The position numbers and the translations under genes are program-made. The notes beneath the pieces were generated by a model, which did no database searches, was not told the DNA's origin, and saw nothing but the letters and a program-made list of their open reading frames with translations. From positions 1 to 38,506 of IMG/VR virus record IMGVR_UViG_3300020045_018958: 38,506 bases of DNA; one strand, 5' to 3'. Positions 1-6,563 of the stretch are shown here, one piece after another (within the stretch, counting starts at the first letter, position 1; each line of letters begins with the position of its first letter). Origin of the DNA: a virus (lineage: Duplodnaviria > Caudoviricetes).

Positions 1-122
1 ACCAGCAAGGCATAAACATTAAAGAAAACTCATCACAGGTTTATGTTAAGTTGCAGATGGGCCTAAATGCTACAGGTTGAAAAGGCTAACTCATATAGTC
101 TAGTAAGCATAATCTAACGAGG

Positions 123-435
123 GACTTATGGAAAGACATACGCAGCGTAAGCTTATGTGTAAACAAGTGGTGCCGGTGCAACACGGCTGACAATCTGGAA
201 AGACGGATAAACGGGGTGTTCGTCTAATGCAAGGACGGTGGCAGATCATCATTATAAAGGTTGGATTCCTTTACACTCCACAACCAACAAAGAAAGCGTG
301 AATGTTTGTCTTTGGGGTTAAAATTTTGATTACTACTGACAATATACGGAAAGACGTAGGATTTTAAAAGGGTAAAAGGTATTTGTAGTAATAGGTTTTA
401 AACGAAAGACAAGCTGACAGCGTGGAAAGACACGC
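123..435 (+). repeat. Four copies of a (CT)GAC-N1-4-stem-GAAAGA-stem RNA hairpin motif (123-140, 187-208, 336-358, 414-435)
   Basis: Stems differ but always pair around an invariant G-GAAAGA-C: TATG/CATA, ATCTG/CGGAT, TACG/CGTA, GCGTG/CACGC. Three copies are preceded by CTGACA. Confidence 0.8.
213..280 (+). tRNA. tRNA-like gene with non-canonical anticodon arm (no assignable isotype)
   Basis: Acceptor GGGGTGT(213-219)/ACACTCC(273-279), D-stem GTCT/GGAC, T-arm AAAGG-TTGGATT-CCTTT. The anticodon arm is only GGTG-GCAGAT-CATC (4 bp, 6-nt loop). Confidence 0.65.
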
Positions 436-440
436 AAAAC

Positions 441-535
441 AGGGATGTGGCGGAATTGGTAGACGCTTAAGAAATGAGTATTGTTGACAGTTTTACTGCA
501 CTTTACAGTTATAGGTTCGAGTCCTATTGTCCCAA
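441..535 (+). tRNA. tRNA-like gene with Leu-type D-arm and long variable arm; anticodon arm unrecognisable
   Basis: GGGATG/TGTCCC acceptor, D-arm TGGCGGAATTGGTAGACGC, variable stem ACTG/CAGT, T-arm ATAGG-TTCGAGT-CCTAT. Region 467-494 gives no 5-bp stem with 7-nt loop. Confidence 0.7.
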
Positions 536-618
536 CGAAATCCTGCAAAACTACCATTTATGAGATTAGTTTTGATGGTAAACTCGGAAAACATTGACAC
601 GAGTATAAATAAAAATAT

Positions 619-822
619 CAGCAGTAATGTTGGATGTGTTGTTCCCTTTAGAAAGGAATGAGAGATGGTTCGGTAATTAGCAAGTCCCAACACAAATAAG
701 TTCTAGGCAAGTAGTTAAAAAATTGTTACGAACCTCTTAAGCTACAATCAGAGGGATAGCTAACTACGTGACCCGACTAATATTTACACGATTTTAATCG
801 CTGGATGTTAAGGGTGCTAAAA
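619..822 (+). ncRNA. Candidate structured ncRNA(s) of unknown family
   Basis: CAGCA-GTAA-TGTTG hairpin; TGTGTTG(635-641)/CAACACA(688-694) enclosing TTCC-N9-GGAA; GTAGTTA(711-717)/TAACTAC(761-767) enclosing CCTCT/AGAGG. No credible ORF. Confidence 0.45.
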
Positions 823-848
823 ATTGTTAAAATAAAAGAAATGGAAAT

Positions 849-1352
849 ATGGAAATATGGAAAGATATTATCGGTTATAAAGGTTTTTACCAAATAAGCA
901 ATTTAGGGCAAATAAAATCTTTAGATAAGATTAGTTCCATTGGAAGAAAAGTAAAAGGTAAAATCTTAAAACTACAAATTAATAGTTCAGGGTATTACTC
1001 AATTAGTTTATGTAAGGACAATAAAGTTTCTACTAAAATGATTCATCAATTAGTGGCTATAGCGTTTTTAAAACACAACCCTAATGGATTGAATTTAGTA
1101 GTTAATCATATTGATTTTAATAAATTAAATAATTCCGTTTCTAATTTAGAAATAATTACAAATAGAGAAAACACTAATAGAACTCATTTAAAATCCATTA
1201 GTGATTTTGTAGGTGTTACTTGGAATAAACAAATGAAAAAATGGCAGTCGCAAATATTTATTAACGGTAAAAATAAATATTTAGGTTCTTTTGATTCAGA
1301 AAAAGAGGCGTCAGAAGCATATAATAATATTAAAAGAAAGATAGTTCGTTGA
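849..1352 (+). CDS. NUMOD4-HNH homing endonuclease with C-terminal AP2-like domain
   Basis: EIWKDIIGYKGFYQISNLGQIKS (NUMOD4), VNHIDFNKLNNSVSNLE (HNH), GVTWNK..KWQSQIFINGKNKYLGSFDSEKEASEAY (AP2). Confidence 0.92.
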   Translation: MEIWKDIIGYKGFYQISNLGQIKSLDKISSIGRKVKGKILKLQINSSGYYSISLCKDNKVSTKMIHQLVAIAFLKHNPNGLNLVVNHIDFNKLNNSVSNLEIITNRENTNRTHLKSISDFVGVTWNKQMKKWQSQIFINGKNKYLGSFDSEKEASEAYNNIKRKIVR

Positions 1353-1360
1353 TATTTTTT

Positions 1361-1606
1361 AAGTTTTCGTAAGACCTGGGGGCAGAACCCAGCGACTCCA
1401 CAAAACGATGCCGTGTAAGCTTGTTGGTTTGGTCAGCCGATATATAAATGACTAATTTATGGGGTCGAAACAGTTTTGATTACGATACACGAGGAAAAAG
1501 TAGAATTGTTTTACAAATAACTGCAAAAGTTATCAACCTTTTTTCTGCTCCAATTAGATTGGCAGCATAAAACGAAACTTGGGGGAGCGTCAATCCCCCT
1601 TATTTT
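1361..1606 (+). ncRNA. ssrA: tmRNA gene, circularly permuted (acceptor piece first, coding piece second)
   Basis: 3' half GAC-CTGGG-GGCAGAA-CCCAG-CGACTCC-A (1373-1400) precedes 5' half GGGGTCG (1461-1467); the pairing gives G3.U70. TTACGA(1480-1485) pairs TCGTAA(1367-1372). Tag frame 1523-1570 AKVINLFSAPIRLAA* follows an ATAACT resume motif. Confidence 0.9.
1581..1606 (+). terminator. Hairpin/terminator closing the tmRNA coding piece
   Basis: GGGGGA-GCGTCAA-TCCCCC followed by TTATTTT. Confidence 0.6.
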
Positions 1607-1625
1607 AAATAAAAAAAAGAGTAAA

Positions 1626-1823
1626 ATGACAACAAAATACGATTTAGGAGATAAATTATTTTTCATTCAAGAGAATAAAATTGTGTGTAAAGAAGTTAAT
1701 TCAATTTGCATTGAAAAAACAGGTATTGAATATACGTTTAGAGAATCACCACTTTACATGAGCTTTTTTGTAAAAGAAGACTCTTTATTTAAAACTAAAG
1801 AAGAATTAATTGCGTCTTTATAA
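1626..1823 (+). CDS. Hypothetical phage protein
   Basis: 65 aa, A-rich start, tightly packed; TKYDLGDKLFF..LFKTKEELIASL pattern recalled from Bacteroidota phage small proteins. Confidence 0.7.
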   Translation: MTTKYDLGDKLFFIQENKIVCKEVNSICIEKTGIEYTFRESPLYMSFFVKEDSLFKTKEELIASL

Positions 1824-1829
1824 ATTATA

Positions 1830-2033
1830 ATGACATCATCTGATAAGAAGAAATACATACCTGATTTAATCCCTGCAAATACAATAATGGAAGTAGTGAA
1901 GTACAATCAGAAAACAGGAGAGTTTGTAGGGATGAAATTAATGAGCCACGGAGATTTCAAAAGTATGGTAAAGCAAAAAGGGTTTCGTTACCAGGAGTTT
2001 CAGAAAGGAGCATCACAATTTAACTTAAAATAA
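1830..2033 (+). CDS. Hypothetical protein
   Basis: 67 aa ORF in operon-like packing. Confidence 0.65.
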   Translation: MTSSDKKKYIPDLIPANTIMEVVKYNQKTGEFVGMKLMSHGDFKSMVKQKGFRYQEFQKGASQFNLK

Positions 2034-2034
2034 A

Positions 2035-2244
2035 ATGGAAAAAGAGAATTTTAAAACTTGTGAAGGATGTGGTTATAAATTACCTAAAGACACAATGATT
2101 TTTAATAAAGATTTAGAATTAGTATGTAAACAATGCTTGGAGGAAGAAAAGAGAGATAAAAGAGTTTCTACTATGTTGTTTTTCGGATGTGTTTTTATAG
2201 CAATATTAGTGGTGTTTTTTATTTTTAAAAGCTTTCAAAATTAA
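2035..2244 (+). CDS. Small CxxC-CxxC (zinc-finger-like) membrane protein
   Basis: CEGC...CKQC plus C-terminal hydrophobic helix MLFFGCVFIAILVVFFIF. Confidence 0.65.
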   Translation: MEKENFKTCEGCGYKLPKDTMIFNKDLELVCKQCLEEEKRDKRVSTMLFFGCVFIAILVVFFIFKSFQN

Positions 2245-2259
2245 CAAAAAATATATAAT

Positions 2260-2568
2260 ATGAATCGAATCGAAATTATAGGGTTTTTGGGCCAAGATGC
2301 AGAAGTTAAAGAAACTTCAAACAATCAAGTAATAAATTTTTCAGTAGCAGTTGATGATTCTTATAAAAATAAGGCTGGAGAAAAAGTAGAAAAAACAGTT
2401 TGGTTTGAATGTGCTAGATGGGGAAATAACACGCAAATGGCCCAATACCTTAAAAAGGGACAGCAAGTATTTGTTTCCGGAAAACCCAACAATCGTGCTT
2501 ATGCAAAAGAAGACGGAACCATTGTGGTTGTAAACGGAATCACGGTTGAGAATATTAAGTTAATCTAA
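2260..2568 (+). CDS. ssb: Single-stranded DNA-binding protein (OB fold only, no acidic tail)
   Basis: MNRIEIIGFLGQDAEV..FSVAV..TVWFEC..YLKKGQQVFVSG. Confidence 0.93.
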   Translation: MNRIEIIGFLGQDAEVKETSNNQVINFSVAVDDSYKNKAGEKVEKTVWFECARWGNNTQMAQYLKKGQQVFVSGKPNNRAYAKEDGTIVVVNGITVENIKLI

Positions 2569-2575
2569 AACAAAA

Positions 2576-2770
2576 ATGGATCCAAAAAAAATAATAAATT
2601 ACAGCGAAGTTTCACTTGTTCTTGCAGGAAACAAGAATACTGTTCGAAGTAATCGAGCGAATTCTAGTTTTTCGGAGCCTGTGAACGAGTTGTTGAAATT
2701 TGTGGAGGGATGGGTTAAGCGAAACTCAAAATCCCAAAAAGCGAACATAACTATAAAAACAAAGGAGTAA
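2576..2770 (+). CDS. Hypothetical protein (possible small DNA-binding protein)
   Basis: 64 aa basic ORF in operon. Confidence 0.55.
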   Translation: MDPKKIINYSEVSLVLAGNKNTVRSNRANSSFSEPVNELLKFVEGWVKRNSKSQKANITIKTKE

Positions 2771-2782
2771 TTGTTTTGAATT

Positions 2783-2971
2783 ATGGCAAGAATCAAGTCG
2801 AGAAAGCAAAAGCGAGAAGAAGCGCAAATGGCAATTTATCAAAAAGAAAATTCTATTTCTGTTATAGTTTCTGTTTTAAGACTTTACAATTCACATAAAC
2901 TTTGGAACAAAACTAAATACGAATGGACGCTCCTAGAATGGGAGGAGTATTTTAAACTTAAAAATGTATGA
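2783..2971 (+). CDS. Hypothetical protein
   Basis: 62 aa; stop overlaps next start (ATGA). Confidence 0.6.
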   Translation: MARIKSRKQKREEAQMAIYQKENSISVIVSVLRLYNSHKLWNKTKYEWTLLEWEEYFKLKNV

Positions 2972-3303
2972 TACTAACAGGAAAATGTAAGGAAGATTTT
3001 TTAGAATATTATTGGGAGAATAATATTAAACCACTTAAATTTTCTGTATGCAAAAAAGACGATTTAGAGCAGTTTTTTGAATCTATTTCAGAGTTATTCC
3101 AAAACGTCCTAATAATCGATTTCTTTGATTCGGTGGGGATTTATATAACAATATTTCCGTGTATAGACAAAACTTTTGATTCTTATATTACAATTAATGA
3201 ATCACGAAAAGAATGTTGTCAATTTCAACCAACACGACCAAAAGCAACTAATGCAGCAATCGAAAGAGCAAACGAAATTCACAACTCAAAATATGACAGC
3301 TAA
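2968..3303 (+). CDS. Hypothetical phage protein
   Basis: 111 aa; LTGKCKEDF..DFFDSVGIYI..AAIERANEIHN pattern recalled from Flavobacterium phage proteins. Confidence 0.7.
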   Translation: MILTGKCKEDFLEYYWENNIKPLKFSVCKKDDLEQFFESISELFQNVLIIDFFDSVGIYITIFPCIDKTFDSYITINESRKECCQFQPTRPKATNAAIERANEIHNSKYDS

Positions 3304-3655
3304 AGAAGAAGACTTACTCACGTTATTAGAAACGATTATTTTAATGCAGATGTTGATTGAAAATTTGGAAACATTACAAAACTCTCATTACAATAAAATG
3401 AGATTAAAAGTAAAGTTAAAGGATATGATTAAAGAGGTTTCTCCATTGGTTGAACGTGATTACGGAATAGTGTTTTCTAATGGTGAGGCGGAAACACAAG
3501 AAATCATCAAAGAATACGAAAAATTAGTTTCTTATATTTCTCGTCAAAAATTACCAAGCAAAGTAGCATTAAGCCAATTTGTAGAGGCGTGGAATGCAGA
3601 ACCTAAAACAATGGAAGCAACTGTTCATCGTTTAATCAAAAAACATTCAAAATGA
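3293..3655 (+). CDS. Hypothetical helical protein (start moved to MTAKEE; track start 3176 overlaps upstream gene by ~130 nt)
   Basis: A-rich context AAAATATG at 3293; stop overlaps next start. Confidence 0.65.
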   Translation: MTAKEEDLLTLLETIILMQMLIENLETLQNSHYNKMRLKVKLKDMIKEVSPLVERDYGIVFSNGEAETQEIIKEYEKLVSYISRQKLPSKVALSQFVEAWNAEPKTMEATVHRLIKKHSK

Positions 3656-3954
3656 ATAACATCATAGATAAAACCACTTTTTGCGAAGTAATAGAGCTTT
3701 TAAGGCAACAAATTTTGTTTGACAGACGAGTTGGTTTGGATATACAAGAGGCTTTTGGAGTTACAGGGAAATGCTCTTATATGAATGGTCACGCTATTGC
3801 TGCTACAATGAAATTATTGCAGTTTCACTTTCCGAAAAACGAAGGTGGTTGCAAGATAGAATTTTACTGTTTTTTTATGGATTTTGGGGATGATGGAGAA
3901 ACCATAATGTCAGCCGAAGAATTATACGATACATTAATTCAAGATTTAAAATAA
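3652..3954 (+). CDS. Hypothetical phage protein
   Basis: 100 aa, translationally coupled at both ends; IEFYCFFMDFG..SAEELYD. Confidence 0.7.
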   Translation: MNNIIDKTTFCEVIELLRQQILFDRRVGLDIQEAFGVTGKCSYMNGHAIAATMKLLQFHFPKNEGGCKIEFYCFFMDFGDDGETIMSAEELYDTLIQDLK

Positions 3955-4772
3955 TGGCAGAAGAAGAAAAACCAAAAAAAAGGCTTTGGGGAATGAAGAA
4001 AAACCCATACGCTAATCCGCACAATAAAAAGCCTAAAAAATACAGGAAAAAGCAACCTCCAGGACCTTATACCTACACAGGAAAAATAAGAACAGGAATG
4101 ACACCTGGTCAAAAGCGAAATATGAACAAGTTTATGGCTGTTCGTGAGGGAGAAACAGAGGAGCAATGGAGAAAAAGAACTGCTCACCGTAGGGTAATTG
4201 AATACGATGAAGCCTTGGAACACTCCTATATGAGCAAGGTTCGTGTAATGGCTAGAGCAGAAGAGCGAAAGTCCATTGAGATTAAGAACCGATTTGTTTT
4301 GGTAAAACCATTGGTTAAAGACTTCGATTTTATGCGTTATTACGGAATTGTGATAAATTACTCCTGCATAAAATACGGGATAAGTGTTGAGGACCTGCAA
4401 ATGGGGTTTTATTTTTACTCAAATATTCCGTTCACAAAAGAAAGATTTAATAATGCTGCCGTTCTACATTACGGAACCAATCATAAAAAACTTTCTGTTT
4501 TTATAAAAAACGGTTATATTGAAGAGATTCTTTTTACTAAAAAAGTGTTCGAAAGACCAGACAAAATTGAAAAAACAAATTTATATAAGCTAACAAAAGG
4601 ATTTGTAGCTTTGTTGACTTATATTTACCGAACTTTAGCAAGGATGAATGGAATTAGAATCCCACAACCAACTCTAACTCCATTACCTACGGAAGCAAAG
4701 CAAATTATAATGGATATGAACGATGAAATTATGGATATTCAAACAGGCAGAAAGCCACGATCAAAAATATAA
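3954..4772 (+). CDS. Basic protein with probable C-terminal winged-helix domain (putative regulator)
   Basis: K/R-rich N-terminus; C-half KYGISVEDLQMGFYFY..FIKNGYIE..LYKLTKG resembles MarR-like wHTH (inference). Confidence 0.55.
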   Translation: MAEEEKPKKRLWGMKKNPYANPHNKKPKKYRKKQPPGPYTYTGKIRTGMTPGQKRNMNKFMAVREGETEEQWRKRTAHRRVIEYDEALEHSYMSKVRVMARAEERKSIEIKNRFVLVKPLVKDFDFMRYYGIVINYSCIKYGISVEDLQMGFYFYSNIPFTKERFNNAAVLHYGTNHKKLSVFIKNGYIEEILFTKKVFERPDKIEKTNLYKLTKGFVALLTYIYRTLARMNGIRIPQPTLTPLPTEAKQIIMDMNDEIMDIQTGRKPRSKI

Positions 4773-4814
4773 AAACAAAAACCTCGATTGTATAGGGTAA
4801 ATCTAATTTATATT

Positions 4815-5024
4815 ATGGAAGAAAAAGGAATTCAACCACACCAACAAAGAGTAATTGACGAAGCTTCTGATTTAAAAATTAAAGCAGATGCGTTAGTTAA
4901 TTTTATAACTGTAAATCCGTTTTTTTTAAAACTGCCGAAAGATGAACAAGAACGGTTAAGAAAACAATCTGGATTAATGTTTCAATACTACGAAGTTTTA
5001 CAAGAAAGAATACAAAACTTTTAA
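4815..5024 (+). CDS. Small coiled-coil phage protein (crAss001_48-related type)
   Basis: QPHQQRVIDEASDLKIKADALVNFI..F..L..EQERL..Q..M..Y..L.ERI; ATG at 4815 preferred over TTG 4788. Confidence 0.75.
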   Translation: MEEKGIQPHQQRVIDEASDLKIKADALVNFITVNPFFLKLPKDEQERLRKQSGLMFQYYEVLQERIQNF

Positions 5025-5037
5025 TAATTTAAAACTA

Positions 5038-5325
5038 ATGACAAAAGAACAAATAGACGAAAAACTATCGTTATCAAGTAAAATTAAAAAAGAGCCTTTT
5101 GATTATAAAGATGCTTTATTAAGATTAGTTTATAACGCAAAATATGTAAATTTTGGAGAAATTAGAGAAAATATTTCTTATAAAGAAACCGAAAATGAAA
5201 TTGAAATAAAGATAGGAAGATGTGTTGTTTTAGGAGAAAATCCAAACAAAATCGAAGACATTGATTATCAAAGAGCCTATTCAAAGCTAATGGAACTTTT
5301 AATTAATAACACGTTAAATAAATAA
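5038..5325 (+). CDS. Hypothetical protein
   Basis: 95 aa ORF in operon. Confidence 0.65.
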   Translation: MTKEQIDEKLSLSSKIKKEPFDYKDALLRLVYNAKYVNFGEIRENISYKETENEIEIKIGRCVVLGENPNKIEDIDYQRAYSKLMELLINNTLNK

Positions 5326-5329
5326 AGAA

Positions 5330-5833
5330 ATGGAAAACACAGAAAAAACAGAAAACGAACTCCAAATTGGAGATAGAATTATGGTTGAAACAGTCGAATA
5401 CCTTTTGAATAAAGGTGTAAAAGCACATTTCACAGGATTGCAAACAGTATTCAGCGTAGAGAGTTTGAATGAGCATTTCGAAGGATTAAAATATCACGAG
5501 GTTGATGTTTTGGATATTGAAATTGACAAAGTAGTTGAAGAAGGTGCTGAACCTGAAAAGGAATCCGTAAAATTCCTAAAAGAAGGCGATATTGATTTCA
5601 GTTTATCAACTCCGAAAGAGGTTATTGTTAGAGAATATGAAAAAGACCCAATTTCATCAGAAGCGATAACAATTGAATCAAGAGAATTTCAAATTGAATA
5701 CAAAGAAGACGAAAAGGAAATAGTCGTGAACGAATCAGAAACTGTTTCAAATGGATTAGACATTCCAGAGGAAGACCCAAAACCAGTTGTTGAATATCCT
5801 GTAGCAAAAGCCAAAAAACCTAAAATTCAGTAA
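5330..5833 (+). CDS. Highly acidic hypothetical protein
   Basis: 167 aa, E/D-rich. Confidence 0.7.
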   Translation: MENTEKTENELQIGDRIMVETVEYLLNKGVKAHFTGLQTVFSVESLNEHFEGLKYHEVDVLDIEIDKVVEEGAEPEKESVKFLKEGDIDFSLSTPKEVIVREYEKDPISSEAITIESREFQIEYKEDEKEIVVNESETVSNGLDIPEEDPKPVVEYPVAKAKKPKIQ

Positions 5834-5835
5834 CA

Positions 5836-6129
5836 ATGGCACAATACCAAACAAAACAAGAATTGGTTAATGCTGAAAAATGGAAAGGAGATAACTACAC
5901 TCAAATATTTGAATTTCTTGGGTGGGATGTTTGGGATAAAAGAGATAACTCTGCATCAGGACCTCTTTTCAGTATTAGCAATGCAGAAGGCGATGATGGA
6001 ATTTTATATGTAAATGAAATCGATCCAGTTACCGTTGGAGATTATCTTCAATTGCTTGACAATGGAAATTTAATTATAGTTCCATCTGCTACATTTGAAG
6101 ACAAATACATATTGACAGTAAATCAATAA
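5836..6129 (+). CDS. Phage protein, PGDYG-like
   Basis: VNAEKWKGDN..VTVGDYL..G..VPSATFEDKY. Confidence 0.65.
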   Translation: MAQYQTKQELVNAEKWKGDNYTQIFEFLGWDVWDKRDNSASGPLFSISNAEGDDGILYVNEIDPVTVGDYLQLLDNGNLIIVPSATFEDKYILTVNQ

Positions 6130-6130
6130 T

Positions 6131-6174
6131 AAAAATCCCCGAACTTTCTTTTTTATCAGAAGTCGGGGATTTTT
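6131..6174. terminator. Bidirectional intrinsic terminator between convergent operons
   Basis: AAAAATCCCCGA...TCGGGGATTTTT. Confidence 0.85.
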
Positions 6175-6191
6175 AATTTTATTGAATTATT

Positions 6192-6563
6192 TTAATATTT
6201 TCCTCCAGTCCAAACGAGGTCCCTATAATCCACCATTAAGTAAGCAATACCATCTTGAGTAAAAGCTGTTACCTTGAATTTATCGAAGATTACCTCATCG
6301 CCAATGCTTATAGTGTATTCTAATTTTCCAAATACCATATTGAATAAGAACATTAGATATGAAATTATTTTAAATTTACTAGTGAACTTTGAAGTTTTCT
6401 TGGGGCATTCCGTTCCGATTGAAACTATACGCCCTCGCTTTTGCTTTTCGTTGGCATCCACAATTCCGCTTAAATCTAATCCGGAAGCCGTTTTATTTTC
6501 GTGGAAAACCTCCTCCACAATTACTACCAAGTTTAATGCTTGTCCTTTGAATTTATTTTCCAT
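6192..6563 (-). CDS. groES: Co-chaperonin GroES (Cpn10) with long insertion in the roof loop
   Basis: VVIVEE..NKTASGLDL..RGRIVSIG..ISIGDEVIFDK..DGIAYLMVDYRDLV; coupled to groEL. Confidence 0.88.
   Translation of the reverse strand: MENKFKGQALNLVVIVEEVFHENKTASGLDLSGIVDANEKQKRGRIVSIGTECPKKTSKFTSKFKIISYLMFLFNMVFGKLEYTISIGDEVIFDKFKVTAFTQDGIAYLMVDYRDLVWTGGKY

Noticed and set aside
85-126. Group I intron S element (ATATAGTC)
   Set aside because: No AAGATATAGTC match or R/P7 partner in the window; AGTC can pair locally with GACT at 123-126
187-435. Hammerhead ribozyme (CUGA...GAAA)
   Set aside because: GAAA lies inside the hairpin loop rather than 3' of stem II, and CUGANGA is not matched
123-435. 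CRISPR mini-array
   Set aside because: Repeats vary in stem sequence, spacing is irregular and there are no cas genes
536-604. c-di-GMP-I riboswitch-like GCAAAAC segment
   Set aside because: P1/P2 consensus absent; kept only as unassigned hairpins
333-693. Minus-strand ORFs of 74 and 66 aa
   Set aside because: They are antisense to the tRNA-like and structured RNAs, with no protein-like features
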